This document shows positions 24,801-36,412 of a stretch of 64,000 nucleotides of DNA, in pieces. This stretch comes from Cystobasidiomycetes sp. EMM_F5. Lineage: Eukaryota. Positions within the stretch are counted from its first letter, which is position 1; each line of letters opens with the position of its first letter. The notes under the pieces are model-generated. The model searched no databases and had not been told where the DNA came from. It saw only the letters and a program-made list of their open reading frames with translations. Location of the stretch: NCBI GenBank assembly GCA_051047955.1, contig JBPGPT010000010.1:248001-312000 (forward strand). The letters run 5' to 3'. Both the position numbers and the translations under genes were made by a program.

Positions 24801-27294
24801 TATCCGATGCTTACGTTACGTAGTACTGACTCGATACATTCCGCTTAGGTACACGAGAGAAGTATAGATTCTGATTTCTTGCTCATCATTTTGAGGCAAC
24901 TGCTGAAGCGGCGTCGAGACCTTCGCGTCATGCTCATGAGTGCTACGGTCGATGCAGAGAAAGTACGCTACATCGTGTCATCGATACTCAATATTGCGCT
25001 GAAGTGGGTTCCATCAGATATCGGAATACATGGGCAGCTGTCCTGTGATCACTGTACCAGGTCGCACGTTCCCCGTAACAGACTACTACCTCGAGGACGC
25101 CGTTGAATTGAGTCGATATCAGCTCACGGCAGAGTCAGACTCTCCCTACGTACGCCGATATCAGCGTGAGTCTCTCCCAAAAATTTGCTTAAAGCGGCAG
25201 CGTGGCTGATGAGAAACGTAGGCAAAGCTGTTACTGACGAAGATGTAGATCGCGATGATGTCGAGGAACCAGAGTCTGCGTCAACCTTCAGTACTGCTTA
25301 TTCTAAACAGACTTTGACGACTCTTGAAGCCCTCAACGAGTCGATGGTCAACTTCGATCTCATTATTTTTCTTCTGGAAACGATTTGTTTCACCAATCAG
25401 CAACTCGCGCGTTTCTCGAGCGCAATCCTGATCTTCCTACCGTCTCTTGACACGATTCGCAAATTATGCGATTTGCTCGAAAGTCACCGCGATTTCGGAT
25501 CCGGTGCCTTCCAAGTATTTCCATTGCACTCATCTATCTCGAACGACCAGCAAGGTCGCGTCTTCCAGGTACGGTGCGGGATTTGCATAGGTTCGCAGCT
25601 GATGTCTCCCTTAGCTTCCACCCAAAGGGATTCGCAAGATTGTCGTTTCGACAAATATAGCAGAGACTGGTGTCACGATTCCAGACATAACTGCAGTCAT
25701 TGACTCAGGTCGCCACAAGGAGATGCGATATGACGAAAGACGCCAAATCTCGCGACTTGTTGAATGCTGGATTGCCCGAAGTAACGCTTTACAACGCCGT
25801 GGACGCGCTGGTCGAGTTCAAGAGGGCATCTGCTTCCACTTGTTCACGAAGACTCGACTGGAGACCGGTCTAGCTGAACACCCTATACCGGAGATGCTGA
25901 GACTTTCCTTACAAGATCTGGCGTTACGGATAAAAATACTGAAGTTTCCGGGCTCCATCGAACATACCCTCCTTCAAGCCTTGGATCCGCCTCTCGCCGT
26001 CAACATCCAGCGAGCTGTCAACAGCTTAGTCGAAGTCAAGGCTTTGACAACGACTGAGGATGTAACACAACTCGGCAGGCACTTGGTCAAATTACCACTG
26101 TCAGTCGCCGCATGCTTTCACAGATCACAATCTGGCATCAAACGCTGACCTGCTGTTTTGCAGCGACGTGCATACTGCCAAATTATGCCTGCTGGCTACA
26201 ATATTTGGGTGCCTAGATGCCGCCTTGACAATAGCTGCTGCGCTCAACAACAAAAGCTTCTTCGTGACGCCATTTGGTCGGGAAGCTGAGGCGGACACTC
26301 TGAAACGGTCATTCAAAGTGCCAGATGAACATTCCGACTTTCTAGTCATTTATCGTGCTTATCGACTGTGGCGGTCCAACTGTGAACAGGGATCATGGTC
26401 CACATTCTGTCGGAAGCATTTTCTTTCACACCAGGCTAGTACCACGTCATGCGCTAAGCTGAAATGCAAAGCTGAAACTAACATGACGCCACAGAATTTG
26501 GTCCTTGTGGAAGAGTTGAAAGTCCAGTATATTGGTAACCTGATAGATGCAGGGTTCATTTCCTCGAGGAATGGTTCTACACGCTATCAAAGATGTCCAC
26601 GCATCCGCTTTGCTGATATTGAGGCGCACCTCAATCGAAATACAGAGGATCCAAGCGTCGTTATGGCCTGCATTGCGGCCGCCATGCACCCGAAGCTCCT
26701 GTATCTTGACCATGGTAGGATATGGAAGACCCTTTCCAACAATGCACCAATCGCTATACATCCCTCGAGTTCGAACTTCATACACGGCCGGAAAGCCGAC
26801 TTTGGCGATGCACGATTTATGACTTTTTTCAACATACAGCAATCTAAAAAACTATGCAAGTCATGGTTACCATCTGTGCTGCGTCATAAACGTTTCATAC
26901 TGATCATGTATCACAGACGTTTGGGAGAATGGCGTTGTCGCTGAAAAGGCCGTCATGCTGCTGTGCGGAGAGGTGGATGTCAAGGTCAGTGGCTGCCGTC
27001 CATGCGGTCAATGCTCTACTGAACCCTCGCGTCACTCAGCACTATGCACACTCGGCCAGCATTGATCGCAAGATCCGCAGACGGGTTGACAGGAAGATCG
27101 GCTTGGCAGTGGATCAGCTTCGCCTACATTTTGATGATATTCTCGCGGCACGGTTGAAGTCGCCTGACAAGCCGTTATCTGAACAGCATTCCAAGTGGTT
27201 CCAGCTTCTGGAAGAATCTTTAACAACGCCAAAGGACGATGAGCAGGCCAAGGCCAAGAAACCGATGTCAGTGAACATAGTTCGGCCTGAGTGA
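21873..27294 (+). CDS. DEAH-box RNA helicase, DHX29/DHX57-like, many exons
   Basis: [61 protein letters not shown]2/OB-fold region. Confidence 0.93.
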
Positions 27295-27413
27295 GCAAAA
27301 AAATCAGTCATAGCCTAGTACCACCACATCAGCGTAGACCATCGATGGCGTCGCCTGCGCAGTAAGTTGGCAGCTAAGGATCGGATTTCATACATAGTAC
27401 ATAGATCACTCTA

Positions 27414-28226
27414 TCATTGCGCTTTCTTCGCTCGGAACGCGGTCTGCCCCGAAGCTGGCTCCCTGCCTGACTTGGCTTCCGCTGGGACCGCTATCGGCGT
27501 AGGTTGGACTTGCTCCCCTCTCACACCCTGCACAACGTCTGTGACGATGCGCGTAACGATGCCGATGACCCTTCGAACCAACATGAGGTAGATACCGCAG
27601 CTGAGTGCCCCCGCTGGCGCAAACGGGAGCCCGAGAAACCATGTAAGCGGTCCAAACCAGTCTTTCGGAAGATAGACGATAGCGTCTCTGCTATAGCGGG
27701 TTGTAAAGGACCATTGCAGGCCAGTCGTAGCAATAAATATGATGGCACGCCCGTAGCTGTTAAACCTTGAGCGGTGTGATGCTAGAGAGGCATCTGTGAC
27801 AGCCGAGTCAGACACGCAGCTGAGTTGCGTTGCTATTCGTGTATTGTGGTCGCTCACTGAGGGCTTCTAATTCCGCGACCTGCTTGTCGACTGTCCTGCG
27901 CATCTTGGCCCACTTGGAGAACTCATCTTGAGCACTCGTATTCTTCAATTCTAGCCGGTTCTTGACAATGTCGCGTTTCAGAGAAGCAACCTTCTTGTGC
28001 TGGCCGCTGGGTAGGACATAGGTAAACACGATATTGTAGAGGAATCCGGTGATTGTGGCCTGGCCGATGAGAGATATGAGGGTGTTGAAGAGCACAATGC
28101 CCGTCAAGCGAGCTGCTATCCATAGCTGTAGGCAGCCAATTGGAACAATCAACGTCAGCGACTCTGCCACCAAGCGACGATTGTAAGACGCGCAAGAAGT
28201 ATCAGCGGTTCATTGATACTCACCAT
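27414..28226 (-). CDS. GET1: Guided entry of tail-anchored proteins 1 (WRB/CHD5 family)
   Basis: TSAQDEFSKWAKMRRTVDK coiled coil; YLPKDWFGPLTWFLGLPFAPAGALS; first coding exon is ATG only (intron 28126-28223). Confidence 0.9.
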
Positions 28227-28388
28227 ATCGTCCCTAGAGCCTGTATGCAGGTGTCAAAGCCGTGTTTGTTGGCTCGCAAGAAGACGGTACAACTAGGATG
28301 TCGAGCACCTTGATCAAGGACTAACTCGCTAGTTGATCTGAAGACTGTGACTGACCGAGCCGCAGCATCAAGCCTGGCACTGACTAAT

Positions 28389-29834
28389 ATGAAGGGTCTG
28401 AAGCAAAGACAGGCTGAAGCTAAGCAATACGTCCACCTTTGCGAAAAGCCGGGAAGTTCGTGCCATAGCCGAGACCCCGGCAAGGACGTCGTACTCTTAC
28501 GCAAGTCGGTATCGACGAAAGCCTGCCTAGTGGTACACGGTGGAGCCGGTGCAATGAACCCAGCAGAGTGCGACTCAATTCATCACTTTGATCATGCAGT
28601 CCTAGTGACTCCTTCTCCCAGCTATCCTGCCAAAAGAATCTCGGCCTACAAAAGGTCATTGTGCGATGCTCTCGTCGCAGGTAACCGTGTTCTTGAAGGA
28701 GGCGGTAGTTCCTTGGATGCCGCCGTCGCTGCAGTCCGCGTATTGGAGGGTTCGTGTCTATTCTTTCGCATCTGTCAAATATTCCTAATCGCGCTTGACA
28801 GACAACCCGCTATTCAACTCGGGAAGAGGAGCAGTTTTCAATGTCGCCGGGAAGCACGAGCTCGAGGCCAGCGTTGCTGTTTCCGCAGCGCCACAAGATA
28901 CTTGTTTGCCAGACAACCGCAGAGGCGCTGCCGTTACTCTGCTCAGGCATGTCAAGAATCCAATCTTGTTGGCGAAAGAGCTATACTTGGATGAACAAGC
29001 ATGTCCACACCCTTTTGTCTCGGGCGAGGATGCCGAACGTATAGCCAGTAAGAAGGGATTGGAGATTGTCGACGAGCACTATTTCGACACTGAGTGAGCC
29101 TTCGCATGCATCGACCACGCTCCAGGGAGACTGACACCACTTTCACCGCCAGTGCGCGATGGCGTGAGCATCGAGCTGGATTAGGCAAACCAGAGGCAGG
29201 CTTTCCACCAATAGATTTGGAGGGTTTGCCCCAAGGTACGGTCGGCGCTGTAGCTTTGGATGACCATGGCGTTCTCGCATGTGCAACATCGACCGGAGGC
29301 AAGACCAACAAAAACGGTGAGTCAAGAAGAGACGTGGCGGAGCATATACTGACGATCCGTAGTCGGGCGCATCGGTGATACACCTAGCATGGGCAGCGGA
29401 TTTTGGGCTTCATCTTGGTCTCAGTCTCCGTCGCTTCTTCAGAAGCTTGGTATAAAGTCACGCAGGAAGAGGGGTGTTGCCATCTCTGGCACTGGAAATG
29501 GAGACTATTTCATCCGCAATGCTGCCACCTATGATGTGGTTGCTCGCATGCGTTACAAGAAACAATCACTCAACAGAGCCGCTCGGGATTGCGTAGCAGA
29601 CCTGAACAAGCAGGCGGAGGGATCTGGTGGCATGATTGCCATTGATCTCGATGGAAACGGTAAGCTACCGCAAACCCAGCGTAATTGTAGGATGTTCTTT
29701 CACTTACGCATACATATTCTGTAGTTGCTATGCCGCTTAACTGTAGCGGCATGTTTAGAGGCTGTATACGAACAAGCGAAGGCGTGGCAAGAGTAGCGGT
29801 TTGGCGCGACGAATTACTGGAGGTGGGGTCATGA
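28389..29834 (+). CDS. Isoaspartyl peptidase / type-2 L-asparaginase (Ntn hydrolase)
   Basis: LVVHGGAG; DNPLFNSGRG; autocleavage site G-TVGAVALD; ATSTGG; GRIGDTP; SGTGNGDYF. Confidence 0.92.
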
Positions 29835-30339
29835 TTTTGGAATCCCCAGCCCCTTACCGAGACCAATATCATTCAATGACGCAAGAAGGACCGAATATCA
29901 CGGTCATCCCGAGCAGGGCCACAACATTACGTCGGGGCGGTTTCGGCTAACACTGTTGTGCGCGTCAAACGTACCGACGCCGATAACGCGCAATTCGTTG
30001 AGCTTGCACGTTCTTGTCCGCCAACCGTCTCGTTCTTTACGGCATCAGCGTACACGTTGCATCCGCAGAGCAAGAACACAATCCTGCAATACATTTTGTC
30101 GTTCTCAACCAAGCTTTATAGATATTCTCCTCCCTACAAGCACACACACTTGCTACGTCTTGGGAGAGAGTCACGAAGACAGGTTCCTTATCGTCGCTGG
30201 CTTATCTGGGCCACACCGCGTAAACACAGCTTTTCACTCAAACCTATCAGGTCCGATCCTTCAATCTCCTACCAAAAGACGAATAAGTGGACTAAAGCTA
30301 CAATATAGAACGCCTCCATCTTCTTATCACATACTGCAC

Positions 30340-30699
30340 ATGATGAAAGCGCTTCTGGGCTGCAGTCTTGTCAAGTCCGTTTCCCGGGATAGTACCGAAA
30401 ACGCTGGACGATCTCCGACAATAACTTGCGACGACAAGCCGGAACGCAGCAAAATATCGCTTGCAGTTACTCGCACTATGTCTACACTCACTCGTGTCTC
30501 CACTATGCTCAGTCGTGCCTCCACGGAGTCCAACAATGTCCCCTCCTCACCTCTCAGTCTGCTCAAGCGAAACAAAGTGGTCGAAAAGCGAATCAAGGAC
30601 TTTCATAGCAACATACAAGGCGCAGTCTTTGTGGGAACGATACGATACGATACGTTGCGACCGCGACCGCGACCGGACAGTCAGAGCGTGTCATCGTAG
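30340..30699 (+). CDS. Possible small hypothetical protein
   Basis: ATG-initiated ~119 aa ORF downstream of a TATA-like element; no motif; its 3' end runs through microsatellites. Confidence 0.25.
   Translation: MMKALLGCSLVKSVSRDSTENAGRSPTITCDDKPERSKISLAVTRTMSTLTRVSTMLSRASTESNNVPSSPLSLLKRNKVVEKRIKDFHSNIQGAVFVGTIRYDTLRPRPRPDSQSVSS
30638..30676. repeat. Adjacent microsatellites (CGATA)x3 and (CGACCG)x3
   Basis: cgatacgatacgatacg followed by cgaccgcgaccgcgaccg. Confidence 0.7.
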
Positions 30700-31054
30700 C
30701 AGACATTGCACCAAAGTCCTGGAAACACTCTCAATGCAAAAGGACAGACTTTCAAACGTTCTGCAATTATTACAACGATCACGAGGTCTTGGAGGCTTGT
30801 TTCAGCGTGTTTATGCGTAAGCCACCCCGAGATGGTACGCAAGTGACGTTCTTCGCAATGCCGCGTGACGAGTTCGGAGGATACGTCGCAGTCGCATGCA
30901 ATTGTGTCAGTGCACCCTCGAGAGAGTCAGAGGCTTGGGAAATTGGTGAACAGCAGGACTGTTAGTCTGGAGATGTAGGGCAATCAGCATGCCAGTAGTC
31001 TTGTCGTAGCATGAAATAAGGTACCTTTCACTGACGAAAGGCTACAGTCTGATC

Positions 31055-32749
31055 TCAATTCTCGCGTTGCCACTTGACCACTGTCGTGGGCACCTGCACT
31101 TTTTCAGCGTCCTTCTCTGACTCGCCTAGGATTTGATGGGCAGAATGGCGTGTAACAAGCTTGGTATCGAAAGTGGCACTGTTCACCTCCGATGACAAGA
31201 GATGGTTCAGCGACAAAACGTGCTTGACATCCAGGTGCGTTTGGCAGTTTGCGCAGCCTGAGACTGCCCAGCGGCTGAGAACGGAATGGACATCAATGAG
31301 AGTCTCGGTACCGTCCGCATCCTTCTTGAACGTTTTCATCACGAAGGATCCTGCGATTCTGTTGCGACTGACTCCGCTAATCTCCAGGGAAGCGCCGGTA
31401 GCGAGAGATTGGAGTTTGCTCTCTCCTGCAGGTGCCGAGACTGGTATTTTGGGTACGGATCCACCTTCGTAAGTGTAGCCGATCTTGCGGATGTCTGTCA
31501 TGTCATTGCCTGTCAAAGCGCGTCCTACTTTTCCAGCATCGTTGTAGTGGAAGGGGCGGAGAGGAGTGTCCATGTCAAGCCACTCGTTGGCAGCCATGCC
31601 GGGGACGGGTCCTTGTTCACCTGTCGAGTTTGTGCCTGGATAGCCAACCATGACATCGAGCTTGGTCATAGCGTCATGCCTCTCCTGCCACAGCCAGAAC
31701 ATGCGGTCAATGTGACAGTGGTGGAAAAAGAAGATGGGATCGAATGCGGCTGTATCATTTTCGCCCATGTCTCCATTTGCATCGGGATAATTGTTAAAGT
31801 CCGATCCGAAACCTTCGAAGCCACCGATTGCAAGATGAATATCGTTGTGTGGTTGCTCGAGCGGTTGAACGATGGCCTGAATGCCGTCCTTGGATTTCGA
31901 GGCATTGATGTCATGATTCCATTGTGCAGCTGAAGTAGTATTGCTGAAGACAGTGTAGTTGGGCGCATCCAAGCACTCGGCGTACTTTTTGTAGGTTGCG
32001 GTCGGAATCTCTTTGCCTTCGTGATTCTTTACGTTGGGACCAAGCCAGCTAAGAACATTGCCATTCAACAGGTTGTTGACCTTCTCCGGACCGAGTTCGT
32101 CGACCCAGTGGTTGTGTGCCTTTGCAGCTGCTTTGGTAGTGGAACCATCGAGACCAGAGTAAGGGTATCGCATGGTACGGTACCCCAGATCCTTGCTGTA
32201 ATCGTATCCGGATGCAGCACCTCCATTTCCGCCTGCCTTATCCATGACGGACAACTGAAATTTGTAGGAATGGAGAGGGTTATCAATTTCTTGCCCGTCC
32301 AGTGTCCACTTTGGCTTGAGAAAAGTGTCGGGGATTCCCATGCGGTGGCCCTGATCGTCAAGTTCGGTCTCGTCCCAGTAGGCCATCATTACATCCTGAC
32401 ATCCCGGGATGCTCTGGAGTGCCTTCTCGATTCGCCACAAGTACGCTCGATGCCATACTGGAAAAAGTACATTGCCGTGGGCACAGTATCCACCCCACCA
32501 GTCTGTGTTATTGTAGTATCCCGCTGCACGGAATGGCTCACCGTGCCATCCGGCGATGGTAAAGAAGGAATTATCGTCGACGCTCGGGACTCCTGGAGCG
32601 TCCGCGACCTTGTACTGCAATGCTGGACTGGGTTCTGCTTCTTGAATACCACGCCAAGCGCGGATCAAATCATCGAGTGGTTTCTTGTTGCCATTCGCGT
32701 AGTCCCTCTCCAACTCGCGAAATGACCGTCGCGGACGTGTGTCGGACAT
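31055..32749 (-). CDS. Tyrosinase (type-3 dicopper), intronless, no signal peptide
   Basis: CuA: WHGEPF...YCAHGNVLFPVWHR; CuB: PHNDIHLAIGG...DPIFFFHHCHIDR; GYTY; C-terminal CANC (CxxC). Confidence 0.95.
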   Translation of the reverse strand: MSDTRPRRSFRELERDYANGNKKPLDDLIRAWRGIQEAEPSPALQYKVADAPGVPSVDDNSFFTIAGWHGEPFRAAGYYNNTDWWGGYCAHGNVLFPVWHRAYLWRIEKALQSIPGCQDVMMAYWDETELDDQGHRMGIPDTFLKPKWTLDGQEIDNPLHSYKFQLSVMDKAGGNGGAASGYDYSKDLGYRTMRYPYSGLDGSTTKAAAKAHNHWVDELGPEKVNNLLNGNVLSWLGPNVKNHEGKEIPTATYKKYAECLDAPNYTVFSNTTSAAQWNHDINASKSKDGIQAIVQPLEQPHNDIHLAIGGFEGFGSDFNNYPDANGDMGENDTAAFDPIFFFHHCHIDRMFWLWQERHDAMTKLDVMVGYPGTNSTGEQGPVPGMAANEWLDMDTPLRPFHYNDAGKVGRALTGNDMTDIRKIGYTYEGGSVPKIPVSAPAGESKLQSLATGASLEISGVSRNRIAGSFVMKTFKKDADGTETLIDVHSVLSRWAVSGCANCQTHLDVKHVLSLNHLLSSEVNSATFDTKLVTRHSAHQILGESEKDAEKVQVPTTVVKWQREN

Positions 32750-33169
32750 CTCAGCCGGTTTTGTTTCTGCGATGGTTTGTTTACGAGCTAGAGATATACG
32801 ATAGTGAAGAAGGAACGAAAGAGCAGGTCAACGCTTGAGGGCCTGAAGTGAATCCATTTTTGCACGAAACTCCGTGCCACTGTGAATTCTCGCCTCCGAG
32901 TCGTTCAGCGTCTCCACCCTGGCAGGTTTCTACCCTGACAATATTAGCATATGCGAAGGTGTTCGAGCTCCGGAGTGCGTCAAACACCCGTACTTTTGTC
33001 TCATCTTGCAGGGTAGCGTTCGCATCTGGTCGGTCGCCGTCGTACTTACGCAAATGTAAACTTAGTACCGGGCTTACGAGAGGGCCTAAGCACGACGGAG
33101 CACTCGCGTTGTAGGTTTCCTTTGACCATTACATACAACACTATACATTACAGCATAAACGTGTGAATT

Positions 33170-34846
33170 CTACGTGAACACTCCCACAAATGCAAGGTCT
33201 TGCTCTGGAGCGATGCTTTTTTGCGGAGATCCGATTCGGACATCTAGAATCTCAGGTGTGTACGTGCGATGCGACTGCACGAAATCTTGCTCTTCAGTCA
33301 GCTCTTCTTTCAACCGTGGGATCTCTGCTTTTTGGGTATTATGTTCCTCCTGCTCAGCTGAAAGCTCTTCAGCCAGCATCGGTGATGACCTGATGTTCAA
33401 TAAACCGCCTCGTGCTTCGTCTGCTATGGCATCCCTAACTCGGTCTAGAATGTCAATGCACAAATTATCAGTAACAGCAATATGCGTCTTAATTGGAACG
33501 GGCTCACGCAATTCCGCAAATGATTCCACAACGTCCAGTCTTTCGTCATCAAACTCATCAGAGTCCGGCTCCGTTGTCATGTATTCCACCAAATCCTTGA
33601 GCTCATAAGACCGTATGTCCTTATTTGCGAGATCGCGAAAGGACGTGTAACCCAGCGGTTCGAGAACTTCGTAAGCCCATTGGGGTAGGCGCTGGTGGGA
33701 GTACCAGTCGGAAGCTGAGAACACCTCCACCTCTGGCACGTTTGAGCCGACGTGCGAGAAGGGCGAAAGGGAAGATCGTGTGAGCGAAGGTACAGACCAA
33801 GGCGCTGGCGATGCAGTAGAGTCTGGTGGTCTCGAAATGTCACGACTGAACAGTGATCTTCGTCGTTCGACGTAATCCTCGCCAAACAAACAGGTCGCCA
33901 TAACGCTTACTTCGTCGTCAATCTCGATGACCTGCTTCTGTTTACCTTTGTATGTCGCTCGTTTCTTTTGTTCTACCGGTTTCGATACGAGGTAGCCATC
34001 AGAGTCTCGGCCGGAAGATGATTCTTCATCGGTTGGCGAGGCCTCACGTATCGAATCATCGTCAATTTCGATGACGGAAGGACTTTTCGTTGCTTGAAGT
34101 TTTGCATTTTTCTCCTCCTTCCCACTCGCTTTCTTAGACTTGTGCCGAGCGCCGCGCGATACGTCTTGAGCTGCGTTGGGATATCTTGTTCTGCATCGGA
34201 TTTTGTGAATCTTCGCCCTGCCAGTATTGCTTGTCGTCGGATAATGCGGACTGTATGGACACGCTATAGAATGCGACAATACGTGGGGAGTCTAATGATG
34301 CGCCTGCATTAGTCTAGATACCAGCTGCTAATAGGCAAGACGTACTTCTTGTACTTCGAAGCTGTAATCTGACCAGCTGGTACGCTTAACTTTAATTGCA
34401 AAAGGGCAATCGACGGTTTCCCGCATATCGCAGTGTAGAATCACTATCCAGCCTGCGCAGTGACTGTCCTTGCACAAAATTGTACTAGGGCAGGCAGCGT
34501 CGATGTATCTCTGTACGGCAGCCTTGAATTTCGTTACGCCGGGAAATAGAGTCCCACTCTGTATGTCGTCTTCCGCGTTTGCTGCCTCAATGCGGTTCGT
34601 GAAGGCGAATTGTTGGAGTATATCCATTGGATTGATGTCGGTTGTCCGTCCTGGCTGCTGATCATATGGTAATTGTTGTGATTGTTGCCAATCCGGATGT
34701 CCGTATGCAGACCATCCATTCGAGGCGACGCCTTCACTGCTCATTCCGGCAGCAAAATTACTTGTGCTGCTACTCTGAACCGCAGGCGTATGTTCGGGCA
34801 GAGCTTCGCCTGTTGCATACGGCCTCGATTGGGCTTCGCCGTACAT
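33170..34846 (-). CDS. Hypothetical protein with a possible MuDR/FAR1-type zinc finger and acidic C-terminus, 2 exons
   Basis: ORFs 34328-34846 and 33170-34279 are joined by a GTACGT...CTAAT...TAG intron; CDMRETVDCPFAIKVKR...EVQE|TPHVLSHSIAC. Confidence 0.55.
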
Positions 34847-35298
34847 AGCGGCTTTAGTGAATCCGACGGTATGCCATGCAGTAGGGTCGGTGATTTAGAG
34901 CATGAGTGAAAAGAGAGTGCTGGGACGTGACTCCAAGCTGATTAGGGATTGAATATCGTGCAGCAGTCCATAGGCTCCTTTACGCGATAGGATTCCAGCG
35001 AGAAAGCTGGACAGCTTCTGAGCGCTCGAGGGGGGTATGTCAGCGCGATGGTGACGTGGGTATCAAACAGTGTTGTACAGTACAGTAAATCGAAAGCTGG
35101 CGGGAGTCAAAGCCTTGTCTTGCAGCTGCTCGCTGGCCAATACCACGATCACCTGGATGGACAGGCAGAACGGATACCAGTCTCAGTCTGACATCCGACC
35201 ATCCTGGAACGCTACGAGCTGCCTCCAGATACGACACAAATCTGAGTCCAGGTCGACGTTTGCTCTGAAACGCTTGCGCCAGGTCGCTGTGGGCCAGA

Positions 35299-36270
35299 AT
35301 GCCGGTAAGTCGAGGCAGCCCAAATTGTCAGTAAATTGCCGTCAGAACTGAGTTTACTCTGTGTCGCTTGCAGAAATACTACTGCGACTACTGCGATGTA
35401 TAGTGCGTACGATCTCGGAATGTGTGTAATGCACTTGACTTATTTCATTCGAATTGGATTGCCAGCCTTACGCACGACAGTCAATCAGGTAGGGCCATCG
35501 TCAAATGCCAGCCGGGCATGACTGATGTTATGTGTGCTGCGTTTCTTTTAGTCCGGAAGGCCCACAACTCTGGTCGAAATCATCTGACAAACGTCCGAGA
35601 CTACTATGCAGGCAAGTGCATGATTACTCGAGCAGTCAATACTGCGACCGCTGATCACTGTTGCAACAGGCATGTTTCATGATCAAGCTCAGGATTTGGT
35701 AGATCAGATCACACGGCAACATGAGCGGAGAGGCAATTTTGGAGCTCCGCCAGGTGGTTTTGGAGGCAAGTGACTGCGATTGTTATCTAAAGTAGGCATT
35801 TCCCTTACGCAACTGCTCATCCGACAGGACCAAGGCCTCCGTTCGGTGCCCCTCCTCCGCAATTTGGACCAGGTCCAGGCGCTTTCAATGCTCCTAGGCC
35901 AGGATTCGGCGCACCGATGGGTCCAGGACCTGCAGGACCAATGGGTGGACCTCCCCCAATGATCGGTGTACCACCTCCGATGATGGGTGGTCAGCCTCCG
36001 TTCATGGCAAATGGTCCTCCTCCGCAATTTGTACCACAAGGCGGTATGGCACCTCCTCAGGGCGGTATGAACGGTGCGCCTCCTTTCGGCGGTATGCCTC
36101 CCCAGCAGGGCAGCTTTGGTATGCCGAATGGCCAATTCGGAGCACCAATCATGAATGGTCAAATGAGCCCTCCACCCGGTCAAAATGGCTTTTCTGCTGC
36201 CCCGAGTCCTCCCGTGGGCGCCGGCGTTGGCATGCATCCGTCTCGTGCAGCTGCACTAGGGTTGAGATGA
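35299..36270 (+). CDS. YHC1: U1 snRNP protein C (U1-C), 6 exons; N-terminal half absent from the ORF track
   Basis: Spliced MP|KYYCDYCDVY|LTHDSQS|VRKAHNSGRNHLTNVRDYYA|GMFHDQAQDLVDQIT...; Pro/Gly/Met-rich tail ending MHPSRAAALGLR*. Confidence 0.95.
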
Positions 36271-36412
36271 ATGCATACAGCACCGGCGATGATTGCAGTG
36301 TGATATCACTGTTGTAATAACAGGTATGATTCGCAAAACGTCAACTTGCAAGCAATCCTAGCGATGACAACAACAGAGTCGTAGCTGACAGCCCGCAAAA
36401 CACCAAGACTAT

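Noticed and set aside
31161..32725. Long + strand ORFs antisense to the tyrosinase (likewise opposite NTE1, U1-C and the CCCH gene)
   Set aside because: Shadow ORFs of real coding sequence with no protein motifs.
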